From the NCBI RefSeq assembly GCF_006345805.1, contig NC_043000.1, positions 131,874,001 to 131,938,000 of the forward strand: a DNA stretch of 64,000 bases, written 5' to 3'. The notes under the pieces were generated by a model. The model made no database searches. It was not told the DNA's origin and saw only the letters and a program-made list of their open reading frames with translations. How positions within the stretch are numbered: the first letter of the stretch is position 1; every line of letters begins with the position of its first letter. Positions 21,595-33,157 of the stretch are shown here, in pieces. The translations under genes and the position numbers were made by a program. Source of the stretch: Octopus sinensis. Taxonomy: Eukaryota.

Positions 21595-21595
<1 letters not shown>

Positions 21596-22004
21596 AATCG
21601 TGCGGGTGAAAGTATCGAAACTTACCAAATATTTTACGTCATATGACTTTTATCAAGCATGGGAACCACTGGTAATCAATATTTTAATCTTATACACTTA
21701 ACGAATTTACAAATCGCTTAAGTATCGGAGAGCAGGTGTTGTGGTAATTTTTTCCTGTTCCCTGTGGTTGATGATCGTACAACAATGAACATGAAAGCTA
21801 TTTTCAACATCTTCATGGGAAAACTTTAGTAAACTTAAGTGGACAATGGATAAGGAAAAGACTTACAAGAGGTTCCCACTCGCTGGATTTTATTAATTTC
21901 TTCATGCTTTCTGTATTCCATAATGAAAGTAAATCGAATCCGCCTTGTTTTACGGTTTAATATGGTCAAAATTCAATTGGTTTTAATTAAAAAAAAAAAG
22001 AAGA

Positions 22005-22124
22005 ATGCTTACAGCACCTAGGATTCCCAAGCGGTCACCCATCTAAGTACTAACTAGGCTCGATGTTGCTTAACTTCGGTGATCGGACGAGAACCGGTGT
22101 TTTCAACGTGATATGGCCGTAAGC
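22005..22124 (-). rRNA. RNA5S: 5S rRNA gene (copy 7; A25, U102)
   Basis: Full 5S core. Confidence 0.96.
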
Positions 22125-22709
22125 GTCAGCAACGTGAATTTAAACATATTTATTCTATACTATGATACTAAAACTTCTTATTTTAAGATAAGTTCATTCT
22201 TTTAAAATTTTACATACAATTTAAGTCAATCTTTCGTAAACAATTTATGATGTCATGAAGGAGTCTGTGATATTATGTCTCATCTTCTTCACAGAGCTGT
22301 ACAGTTAAGCACACACACGCACCAACATTTACTCATCATTGTCGTCATATACAAATACCGAAATATTGCCCAATTAAATTTCAAATACATCACGACTTAT
22401 GAACCTTTCGTAGTCATTGTTAGGGTCATTTGAGTTTTTATTTACCTAGAACACGTTATACAGCAGCAAGTCAGGCTACTACGTTCCTTACACGTTGATC
22501 ATTAGCAGAAACATTTCACGTTTCGCGTTGTTAATCTCTAGTTTAGCACTCGGTCACAAAGATGAAGAAAAAAAGTGTAATATGTGTTAAATAATGTGTA
22601 GTAAACGAATATAAAAAAATATAAATTCTAAAGAGAATGAACTTATTCTAAAATAAAAAGTTTTAGTATCAGTTTATAGAATAAATATAGTAAAATTTAC
22701 CACTTTGTT

Positions 22710-22829
22710 GCTTACGGCCATATCACGTTGAAAACACCGGTTCTCGTCCGATCACCGAAGTTAAGCAACATCGAGCCTAGTTAGTACTTAGATGGGTGAC
22801 CGCTTGGGAACCCTAGGTGCTGTAAGCAT
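22710..22829 (+). rRNA. RNA5S: 5S rRNA gene (copy 8; A25)
   Basis: Full 5S core. Confidence 0.97.
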
Positions 22830-22947
22830 ACATTTTTTTTCTTTTTTTTAGCCAACGTACGCGCACGACTACCACTGTCAACAAGGTTGATGAATAAAGA
22901 ACAGCTATACCAGAGGTTCCCACCCGCTCAATTTTGTTAAACTACGG

Positions 22948-23165
22948 GGTACGACTTGAGAACAGTGGTCCTCTTGCGCGCATTCGCGCTAGCTAGTCAT
23001 GACTAGTCGAACCTTACTTTGTGTTTTTGTGTTACTTTGTTTTAAAAAAATTTATTTTGTGTTTTATTTACTTTGCTAGGTAGTCGTTGTAAGATCCACT
23101 AGTCACGACTAGTTAGCGCGATTATGCGAGTGCGCGCACCGGGACCACTGTTCTCAAGTAGTACC
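22948..23165. mobile_element. Merlin-type MITE, 218 bp
   Basis: TIRs GGTACGACTTGAGAACAGTGGTCC / GGACCACTGTTCTCAAGTAGTACC; 9-bp TSD AAACTACGG / AAGCTACGG; empty site TTAAACTACGGGTGC at ~25672. Confidence 0.85.
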
Positions 23166-23274
23166 AAGCTACGGGTGCTTTCTGTATTCAATAATGAAAA
23201 TAAATCGAATCCGCTGTTTTAATGCTTCTTATGGTCAAATTGCAATTAGGTGAAATTAAAAAAAACAGAACGAA

Positions 23275-23394
23275 ATGCTTACAGCACCTAGGGTTCCCAA
23301 GCGGTCACCCATCTAAGTACTAACTAGGCTCGATGTTGCTTAACTTCGGTGATCAGACGAGAACCGGTGCTTTCAACGTGATATGGCCGTAAGC
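23275..23394 (-). rRNA. RNA5S: 5S rRNA gene (copy 9; U40; array-type upstream spacer)
   Basis: Full 5S core. Confidence 0.97.
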
Positions 23395-23781
23395 ATCAAA
23401 GTGGTTAATTTTAATATATTTATTCTATAAACTGATAAATAAACTTCTTATTTTAGAATAAGTTGATCCTCATTAAAATATATATTTTTTTACATTCCTT
23501 GACAACAGTTTATTTAACATATATTACATTTCATTTTCATTTTTCTTACCGAGTCCTCAACTAGAGATTAACGACGTGAGATGTGAGGTGTTTTCTGGTA
23601 CAGATCAACGTGTAAGGAACGTAGTTGCCTAACTTGCTGCTGTATAATGTGTTTTAGGTAACTAAAAACTCAAATGACCGTTACAATGAGAAGGAAAATT
23701 TCATAAGCCGTAAAAAGACGAAGTTAAATCAGGCAGAGTTTCGGTAGTAGTAAAAAAAAAACAACAAAAAAACAAAAGGTA

Positions 23782-23901
23782 ATGCTTACAGCACCTAGGG
23801 TTCCCAAGCGGTCACCCATCTAAGTACTAACTAGGCTCGATGTTGCTTAACTTCGGTGATCGGACGAGAACCGGTGCTTTCAACGTGATATGGCCGTAAG
23901 C
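23782..23901 (-). rRNA. RNA5S: 5S rRNA gene (copy 10; 507 bp from copy 9, head-to-tail)
   Basis: Full 5S core. Confidence 0.97.
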
Positions 23902-24563
23902 ATCAAAGTGGTTAATTTTAATGTATTTATTCTATAAACTGATACCAAAGGTGAAGTAAATGAAATATAGTGCTACAGATGCTGTCAAGGCGACTTTTTC
24001 TTCTTGTTATTTTTACGGTAATTTAAGTTTTTAGGCAATCAATTGGTTTTCATCTCCGAGAAATGCAAGTATTTGTTCGGCAAGTTCTGTATCCAATTTG
24101 TATTTGTGTAACGTTTATTTTTTGCATCTGAAAAATGAAAAACACGGTCGCAGCACACACCGACACACTTATTCATTGTCTCTCATTTGCTCGAGGAACA
24201 TCAACAGTGACACACACACTAACTCACTGATACACACATATATAGATACACATACATAGAAATGAATGGAGAGGAAAAGCGATTGATTGGCAGGAAAAGT
24301 AGGTAAGTTGCAATGAAAATGAAGTTAAAGTGCTCGGTAACGCTTCGGTAGTAGTATACGAGAAGAATGATGAGTAGGTGTCGGCGCGAGTGTTTGATTG
24401 TTGATCAATGTGAAGCAGATGAAAGATAATGCCACAGACAGAGTGAAGACGTCATAGATTTTTACCGAAAGATTGCTATAAATTGAAAGAAAAATTGTGT
24501 TCTTAGAAACGAAATGTTATTATCAGTTTATAGAATAAATAGATTAAAATTTGCTATGTTGTT

Positions 24564-24683
24564 GCTTACGGCCATATCACGTTGAACACACCGGTTCTCG
24601 TCCGATCACCGAAGTTAAGCAACATCGAGCCTAGTTAGTACTTAGATGGGTGACCGCTTGGGAACCCTAGGTGCTGTAAGCAT
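24564..24683 (+). rRNA. RNA5S: 5S rRNA gene (copy 11; C24, A25)
   Basis: Full 5S core. Confidence 0.96.
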
Positions 24684-24710
24684 TCCATTACCTTTTTTTT
24701 TTTACATTAT

Positions 24711-24939
24711 GAAATCACATCAAATCTGCACAAATGACCACCACCACCGCGATCACATACACCAATCATACACACACGTGTGTGTGTGTATATGTGGCTA
24801 TATGTCTGACTAATGTGTGTGTGTCTGTATTTATTGTATGTGTGTATAAGTAGTTATATGCTTATATTATCGATTATAGTAACATTTTTCTGTTGAAATC
24901 CGTTTTAAGGCGGTCAATAGTTTAATTAAAGATGTGTCT

Positions 24940-25007
<68 letters not shown>

Positions 25008-25146
25008 GTGTATACATATATATATATATATACACATGTGTATACATTACACATGAAATGTATTTATTTATAAACTTTAAACTGAACTTCAATTGTTTTA
25101 TGTGATCGCGGTGGTATGGTCATTTGTGCAGATTTGGTGTGATTTC
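24711..25146. mobile_element. MITE-like element with ~50-bp TIRs around a microsatellite-rich core
   Basis: GAAATCACATCAAATCTGCACAAATGACC...CCGCGATCACATA vs TATGTGATCGCGG...GGTCATTTGTGCAGATTTGGTGTGATTTC; (TA)n at 24948-25004. Confidence 0.5.
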
Positions 25147-25785
25147 TTTTTTAAAAACAATAATGAATAATGCAAGAATATATTTATTTATAAAGTTTAA
25201 ACAGAACATGGAATGAAATGTATTTATTTATAAACTTTAAACTGAACTTCCATTGTTTTATAAACGTAACAGCGTGGTGGTACGTAAATAAACGGCGTAA
25301 ATTAACGAAGGTATAAACCTGACGGAAATACACGAAGTTGACTACTTTCACTTCTGACAGTGCCAGCCAATGAATGGAGACCAAAACCGATTGATTGCCA
25401 GGAAAAGTACAGAAGTCGCAATAAAAATGAAGTTTCGGTAGTAGTATATGACAACAATGATGACTAAGCGTCGGTGCGAGTAGCACTAACGCGACAACTA
25501 TTTCCCTTCCTACATACAGTTATAGAATTAGCAAATCGTTTAAGTGTTGCAGAGAATGTTTTGTAGTATTTGTTCCGCTCCCCTCTGGTTGATGGTCGTA
25601 CAACAATCGTGACATGAAAGGTACTTTCAATATCTTCACGGGAAAACCCTTAATAAATTTAAGCGGACGTTAAACTACGGGTGCTCTCTGTATTCAATAA
25701 TGAAGATAAAATGAATCCGCTGTGTTTTAATACTTCTTATGGTCAAATTACAATTCGTTTAAATTAAAAAGAAAAACAGAAGGGA

Positions 25786-25905
25786 ATGCTTACAGCACCT
25801 AGGTTTCCCAAGCGGTCACCCATCTAAGTACTAACTAGGCTCGATGTTGCTTAACTTCGGTGATCGGACGAGAACCGGTGCTTTCAACGTGATATGGCCG
25901 TAAGC
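25786..25905 (-). rRNA. RNA5S: 5S rRNA gene (copy 12; A102)
   Basis: Full 5S core. Confidence 0.96.
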
Positions 25906-26659
25906 TTTAAAGTGATAAATTTTAATATATTTATTCTATAAACTGATACTAAACCATTTTCATTTTTACGAACACATTTTTCGTTCTTTTAGTTCATATA
26001 TAATTTGGCAATCTTTCGGTAAAAATACATTATCTTTCATCTTCACAGTGCCAACTTAGCGATCTCGGTAGAAAAAAGCATTATATTTCTCCTTCACAGT
26101 ACTGAACAGTCAAACACTCGCACCAACACTTACTCATCGTTTACGTCATATACTACTACCTAAGCATTGCCGAGCACTTTAACTTAGATTTTATTTACTT
26201 AGCACCCATTATACTACGTTCCTTACACGTTCATTTTTACCAGAAAACATTTCACATTTCGTGCGCCAGTGTTTTACAGGGAATGTTGTTATGACGTTAT
26301 ACGATCGCTACATCAATTGGGTCGGAAAAAAATACCACCAATTATTTACAGATTATACCCAGGATTCTGACATTCAGTAGTTGATGACATAAATAGAGGC
26401 GAAAGTGTTCACTACTTTGTGCACGAAATGTGAAATGTCTTCTGGCAAAGATCAACGTGTAAAGGACGTAGTATCATAACTTAATGATGTATAGCGGGTG
26501 CTAGATAAATAAAGACTAGTAATCAATAGGTTTTGGTCTCTATTCATTGTCTTTTATTTGTATGTATGTGCATAAATTAAAAGAAATCAAATATTCTGAA
26601 GAACAAAATGCTTTAGTATCACAGTGTAGAATAAATATATTAAAATTTACCACTTTGAT

Positions 26660-26779
26660 GCTTACGGCCATATCACGTTGAAAGCACCGGTTCTCGTCCG
26701 ATCACCGAAGTTAAGCAACATCGAGCCTAGTTAGTACTTAGATGGGTGACCGCTTGGGAACCCTAGGTGCTGTAAGCAT
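26660..26779 (+). rRNA. RNA5S: 5S rRNA gene (copy 13)
   Basis: Full 5S core; proximal upstream identical to array type (…TTAAAATTTACCACTTTGAT). Confidence 0.97.
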
Positions 26780-26964
26780 TTTTTTCTTCGTTTTTTTTTA
26801 CGAAGTTTGAATAAATTATATTTTGACTATATAATACAGTAAAACAGCGGATTCAATTTATTTTCGTTATGGAATACAGAAAGGATCCGCAGATTATCAA
26901 AATCCAGCGGGTGAGAACCTCATGTAAACCTTTGATGACTGACAGTCGTCCACTTAAGTTTACC

Positions 26965-27100
26965 GAAGCATCGCCACATACCCTAACCCTAACCCTAACA
27001 GAAACCCTAACCACCCCATATATATAAAAAAAACACTTTTTTGAAATGTATTCGGTACTTCTGGAAGTACACTGGTACATATACCGTAAGATCGCCCAAA
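26965..27100. mobile_element. ~135-bp insertion with (CCCTAA)n-like repeats and a short hairpin
   Basis: Absent from paralogous spacers (empty site CCACTTAAGTTTACTAAAGTTTT); CCCTAACCCTAACCCTAAC and GTACTTCTGGAAGTAC palindrome. Confidence 0.55.
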
Positions 27101-27203
27101 GTTTTTCTAAGAAGATGTTGAAAATAGCTTTCATGTTCATTGTTGTACGGCCATCAACCATAGAGAACGAATAAATTACTGCAAATCTTGACCTCCGATA
27201 CTT

Positions 27204-27593
27204 TTCAAACTCCACCCTTACGAACAATAACTCTGAGCACCTTTTCAAACTCTACCCGTCTAACACCCGTGGATATATTTACAAAGTCAGAAAGCAGCTC
27301 AGCTCCCATGACTTTAGGAAACATTTTTTCACGCTGAGAGTTGCTGAAGCATAGAACAAACTGCCGGCATCGGTTGTTAGTTGTCGGAGCACTGCATCCT
27401 TCAAAACTTCCATGCTTTCTGAGATTCGCCAACACTACCCCTGATTTCCTCCCCTCCATACACACACAAGCATGTATCTGACTCCTACATTGTTCGCTTT
27501 CTAGACATTTGTACATTACTGCATACACTTTATACGCACTTTCTGACAAGTTGTGGTGCACCTGAGCACTGTATACAATAATTTCATTATTAT
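27204..27593 (+). mobile_element. 5'-truncated CR1-clade LINE 3' end
   Basis: NTRGYIYKVRKQLSSHDFRKHFFTLRVAEA*NKLPASVVSCRSTASFK matches the CR1 ORF2 C-terminus; 3' UTR ends ATTATTAT; inserted in spacer at GATACTT|AAACGATTTG without TSD. Confidence 0.85.
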
Positions 27594-27665
27594 AAACGAT
27601 TTGTAAATTTGTCAACTATATGAAGGGAGATAATTGTCTCAGTTAAAAAAGGATATCAATTTTTG

Positions 27666-27915
27666 TTCCGGGACCTGGCAGTGAACTATCTATCTCTTTT
27701 AACCTGTGGCATTACAGACGTTTGAAAGGATTCGACCACTAACCGCGAAATGCTTGTCATCGTTGGCAGATTTCCTCACCGAAGTGACAGGTGATACTCG
27801 TTAGGGAGCTTGTTTTTCCCAACACCTTAGCCCCGCCACGGCTCCTGGTAATGTTGCTAGGGTGTAGGCTTGCTTCAGTTGTTTCCGTTGAACCTTCTGG
27901 TGTGCGATCAATGGA
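27666..27915 (+). mobile_element. Second CRE-clade RLE 3' fragment (paralog of 8148-8390)
   Basis: FRDLAVNYL / F*PVALQTFERIRPLTAKCLSSLADFLTEVTGDTR*GACFSQHLSPATAPGNVARV. Confidence 0.68.
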
Positions 27916-28687
27916 AATATATGATGCTATTTTTTTTTCTTCTATATCTTCTCTTTTAGTCTCTCTCCCCTCTTTCTTTATTCCGCCTTTTCCTTTCCTC
28001 TGTCTTTCGTTTCTAAACACTATATCGAATAAAAGAAAGTATCATCTTTGTATTCTTTCACTTGTTTCAGTCATATGACTGCGGCCATGCTGGAACCCCA
28101 GGAAAGACTCCCCCTTCCCATTTTCTCCCAAATTGTTTTTTAAAATTTTTCTTGTGGCAAAAACCCACCTTTTCGGATACGGAGATTCCGGAAAATTGCC
28201 AAAAATTGGAATTTTGAATTTTTATGCCCCCTACCCCCCTCCAATTTCTTCATTTTTCGCTTTTTTCTGTAACCCTAACCCTAAAACCCCAACCCTAACA
28301 CTAAGTAGAAAAATTTTGGAAATTTTTGTCAGAATCATAATCTCCGTATTTTACCGCATAGTTTGAAGAAAAAAAATTATGAAAAAAGTTAAAAATGAAG
28401 AATATTATGGATGTAATTTCAAAATGCCGATTTTTGCCATTTCTTTCTTTTTTGCAGATTCGTATTCTCCGTAGCCGAAAACGGGGGTTTGTGCAGAACA
28501 AAAAATTAAATAAAAAAAGGGGTGTTTTTGGTGGGACACAAAAGGAAGTCTTACGAGCCCCTACTTTGGTCATATGTATACTACATAAGAAAAAAATTAA
28601 AATAATTTATTACCAGTGGTTCGCATACTTAATAAAAGTCATAAGACATAAAATATTTGGTAAATTTCGATACTTTTACCTGCACTA

Positions 28688-29140
28688 TTTTCACTAAGAA
28701 AGAAAACTCGGATTTTTTTTGCGTGGAATCAAGTACCCTGACTTCTTTAATATGCTGCAAACCCTCCTATTTTATTATTTTTTTTTTTTTCGGAAAAAAG
28801 TGGAGGGGGTGAAAACCGGACCCCTCTACCCTGGAATCATTGGAAATATTTTTTTCTTTTTCGTTGAATGAATTACGGTGATCTAATATGCCACAAAACC
28901 CTTTGAGTCCGGAAATGGGGTGGGGCGGGGTGGAACCCACGGAAATTTCACCCCCACTCCACTTGGGAAGTACATCCGCATGATTTTCACTAAGAAAAAG
29001 GAAAAAAACTCGGATTTTTGCGTGGAATCAAGTACCCTGCCCTCCTAATATGTTGTAAACCCTTTATTTTTGTTCGAAAAAATGTGTGTGTGTGGAGGGA
29101 GGAACGGACCCCCATCCCCATCTCCTGGAATCATTGGCAT
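28688..29140. repeat. Diverged tandem duplication (~295-bp period)
   Basis: TTTTCACTAAGAAA...CTCGGATTTTTGCGTGGAATCAAGTACCCTG...CTGGAATCATTGG at 28688 and 28985. Confidence 0.65.
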
Positions 29141-29696
29141 TTTCACCACCCCTCCTCGGAACCCCTTCATTTTGAAATATTTTTTGCTGTTTCATTCTTT
29201 GCCCATATGTTTAGAAAACATTTTGCAGAAATACTCTTTCGAGAGAATGTGGATTACATTAGATTGAAAATACAAACAAGGTTGAAAAAAATATTGAAAA
29301 GAATAAGTGAAAAATGCAGAGGTCATAGAAGTTAGTGGTAACGACGTCTGTGGAAAAATAAAGAATGATTAGGAATTCATCTAAAAACCACGTAAGAGTT
29401 TGTGTATGTGTGTGAAACTAGTAAAAGTATAATATTAAAACAAAACATCTTTTTCAGACCTCTTAAAATCACTGGATATAATATATATAATATATAATAA
29501 TCTATCTCAGATGGCTGAATAAATTTGGAAAACTAATCCACTTTGCAAATTTTGGCGCCGAAATCGGTAACTGATGCGTTTCATTTTTGTCTGGGAAGAA
29601 AGAGATAGAGAAAGGGGAGAGAGAAGAGAGAGAGTGAGTGAGTGACAAAGTTTACCTAAACTTCCAATGGCATAGCAATATATTATATTATATATA

Positions 29697-30020
29697 TCAT
29701 CATCATCGTTTAACATCTGCTTTCCATGCTGGCATGGGATGGACGGTTTGACTGAGGCTGCACCAGGCTCCAATCTGTTCTGGCAAGGTTTCTACAGTTG
29801 GATGCCCTTCCTAACGCCAACCATTCAGACAGAGTAGTGGGTGCTTTTTAAGTGCCACCGGCAGGGGGCCAGCCAGGTGGCACTGGCCTCGAGTACGCTC
29901 GAATTGTGCTTTTTACGTGTCCTCGACACTGGCATATATAATATGCGGCCGATACAAGTGCCGGTGGCACGTAAAAAGTACCATTCGAGTGTGATCGATG
30001 TCAGTACCACCTGACAGGCC
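29697..30020 (-). mobile_element. Octopus-type SINE with hairpin (copy B)
   Basis: Reverse complement of copy A incl. (GAT)n tail; hairpin 29867-30020; flank 30040-30375 also mirrors 20930-21200. Confidence 0.75.
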
Positions 30021-32038
30021 CCCATGCCGGGTGAAAATTGTGTGGGTAAAAGTATCGAAATTTACCAAATATTTTATATAAGAGTGTATAAAAATCTATA
30101 CAAGGGGAGAAGAAACTTGACAGGACTTCTTACATACTAAAAAGGGCAGTTAAATCCCAAAAACGAAAAAAGGAATTTATAAGGTACACAGCTAATAGGT
30201 ACTAGAGTGAATAAAAAATTAGATAACCCTATACTCGAGTTTCGCTATTAAAGATCAAACAAAGTAATTTGGTATCTGTAGCTCGTCAGTAGGACCGCTA
30301 AAGAATGCAGCTGTAATACGTACCGGAAACGCGTGGCAAACGCATGCGCAAGTCAACCCCATCTTTATACATTATGTTGACTCAGTTCTACTTCTTTATT
30401 GCAGAGTCTTTGATCAGATTCCTCCTTATAATGCCATCAACGCATCGAAATCGTATTCGAATCTTATAAACTGCTTTGAATGTTATTTTAGCAAGTTTAA
30501 ATCGATTTCTTTTGTGCTGCAAACCATTTAACATTTTTGAGGCACCCCAATCCATTGATCCTCTAAGTACGTGCTGATTTTGCTTAATGGTCAATCAAGC
30601 GTTGGTTCCTGCAAATTAAAGTGTGAATGACATTCGCCACAATGTTTCGGCGTGATTTCGTCTCCTCGGTATCTATCCCCAATACAATCATTAATAAAAT
30701 GCACAAGTGTGTTGTAGAGATGGCGTTATATATGTGTTCTTGAATCAAAGTACGTGCGTGTGTGCGTGTCAGATGCGGGGTGAGTTAAAATGTAAGTGAA
30801 ATCAACGTACCTGATCTGGCAGAATAGAGACACGAAAAAATTGCGTTTGGTAATTAAAATGTGCTTGTATTGAGAATAGCTGTACGAAATTAAAAAAAAG
30901 ACTCTTTTCGCTCTAGTTGAGTTCTGATTGTAGAAAAATCAGCTAGCTCGGTCCATTTTTCATTCCAGTGAAAGAGAGGAAGAGGACGTTTAAGTTCCGC
31001 TCCACTTTATATAGTCAGCACCTGTCTCAGATATACTGCTTTATAACAATTTAAATATACTGATGACGTACGGTGACTAAACTGAACAAAAAATCACCAA
31101 ACGGCATGAGGGTTGCTACAGAATAGAGATATTCAAAATAAGTCAACCATGATATATTTTAAACACGGAATTATCAGCCACTAAACCGATTATTATCTGT
31201 GGTCTACACTAGTATTCTACCTATAAATGGATAACCATATTTTGTTCGCTCTCTAACCTCAACAATATGATTGTTCGTGTTGAGCGTATCTTGCGAGCGA
31301 TATTTTCTTTTTACACTGAACGTATTTTCCAGAATACACCACATCTAACTAGCGGATAATTTGTCAGCTATGCCATTAGGGTGTCGATGTACTTTTCGTC
31401 TCTGATTTTCAGGTTCTGTACATAAAGGAAACTTTCTCTCTCTCACTCTCACAGCCTCTCTCTCTTTTTCACTCACTCTCTCTCTGCCAGCAAAAGGCTT
31501 CTTCGTTCGTCCCCTTGTGTGGTTGATTTCCTGTATAGTATTCTGTTATTTTCTCGTTTTGTAACTAATTGTACTTTTTGTACATGTATTTTTATTTTTG
31601 CAGTTTTATTGTTTGTCTATGCCAGAAAAAAGGCTTTTTCGTTCGTCCTCTTGTGTTTGTTTTTGTACATGTATTTTAATTTTGCAGTCTTATTGTTACG
31701 TCTTGTTTGTGTTCGTACTCATTGTGCCCCGCTGCTTGAAATTTTATTTTAATTCTCTCGCAGGAAGGCCTATTGGATTAGTGTTCTGTTATGCCTTCGA
31801 AACATGCCTGACTCCTCTAGCGACAGCTGATGACGGGGGTTTTGTCCTTGTGTAGCTCGTCCTGTATTTGTTTTTCGTTTTACGTTTTCTTGTTTTTGTT
31901 TTTTGGCTTTTTCCGTTTCTACGTCTTATTGTGATGTCCTGTACTCCCGTATAATTATTTATATCTGCATGTATATATACATGTAGATGTAGGTACGTAC
32001 ATATATGTTTGTATGTATGCATATATTTTTATTTATCT

Positions 32039-32040
<2 letters not shown>

Positions 32041-32108
<68 letters not shown>

Positions 32109-32110
32109 TA
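32041..32110. repeat. (TA)n microsatellite
   Basis: Direct reading. Confidence 0.9.
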
Positions 32111-32123
32111 CATGTATATATAT

Positions 32124-32952
32124 TTATATATGAGGATAATATCGATATTTAAGTGTCGAAATTATCAAGTGGCCAGCATGAAAGAAATACCTTACAAAGG
32201 TAAAAAAATTTTTAACAATTAAAAATGAGGGTGTCTAAAAGACACCAACATGCCGAGATAGCAGTCGAAACTCTGACTATAAAACCACGTTAAATGTTCA
32301 TATCGCACCATGAGGTAAAGCGGAGGGACAAAACATACAAGCAAAAATTATTGAATAATTCAAGATCCAAGGATTTCTGGTTCTGCTTTAGATAAGCTTT
32401 ACCGTCATCAATTGAATATATCAAGGGTACATAAATACAGATATATATATGCACAGCAAACGATATACTTACATATACGAGCGTCGTACATACATACATA
32501 TGCACATATGGACACAGCCAGTTTGAATCGCCCGCCAAATCACCGCATAAGTACGACATGGTTAAAATAAGCACCGCAGTGAATATAATAGCGAATTATA
32601 TAAATTTATATATGAGGATAATATCGATATTTAAGTGTCGAAATTATCAAGTGGCCAGCATGAAAGAAATACCTTACAAAGGTAAAAAAATTTTTAACAA
32701 TTAAAAATGAGGGTGTCTAAAAGACACCAACATGCCGAGATAGCAGTCGAAACTCTGACTATAAAACCACGTTAAATGTTCATATCGCACCATGAGGTAA
32801 AGCGGAGGGACAAAACATACAAGCAAAAATTATTGAATAATTCAAGATCCAAGGATTTCTGGTTCTGCTTTAGATAAGCTTTACCGTCATCAATTGAATA
32901 TATCAAGGGTACATAAATACAGATATATATATGCACAGCAAACGATATACTT
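32124..32952. repeat. Near-identical direct duplication of ~347 bp (482-bp period)
   Basis: 32124-32470 repeated at 32605-32952. Confidence 0.85.
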
Positions 32953-33157
32953 TTGTGAATAACAGTTCTCTCCAATGTTCCATGATCCACTCTTTGTTTC
33001 TGAACATAATAATGATGTTACGAGGTGTTGAGTGGAACTAGTTTCGTGAAATCCATAGACTTTAATGAATTGAAGAACACTTTTGAATTGCTTCATAAAG
33101 CTGCTCCTCATCTCTGGTCCAAGCAAACCAGCTGTTCCGCAAGAGCTCTAATTCTTT
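32952..33157 (-). mobile_element. RTE LINE fragment (near-identical duplicate of 34266-34472)
   Basis: ELELLRNSWFAWTRDEEQLYEAIQKCSSIH...NKEWIMEHWRELLFTK; 2 differences seen vs 34266 copy. Confidence 0.7.

Noticed and set aside
26440-26480. U2 snRNA-like string TGGCAAAGATCAACGTGTA in spacers (5S-snRNA linkage is known in molluscs)
   Set aside because: Only ~19 bp with an indel; no U2 5' stem, Sm site or 3' stems. No U1, U4, U5, U6 or tRNA gene recognised either.
31790-31850. Hammerhead-like words CGAAACATG ... CTGATGA
   Set aside because: Cleavage triplet and stem II closing pair are not canonical, and the order would need type II topology; an Infernal search of the repeat consensus would be needed.
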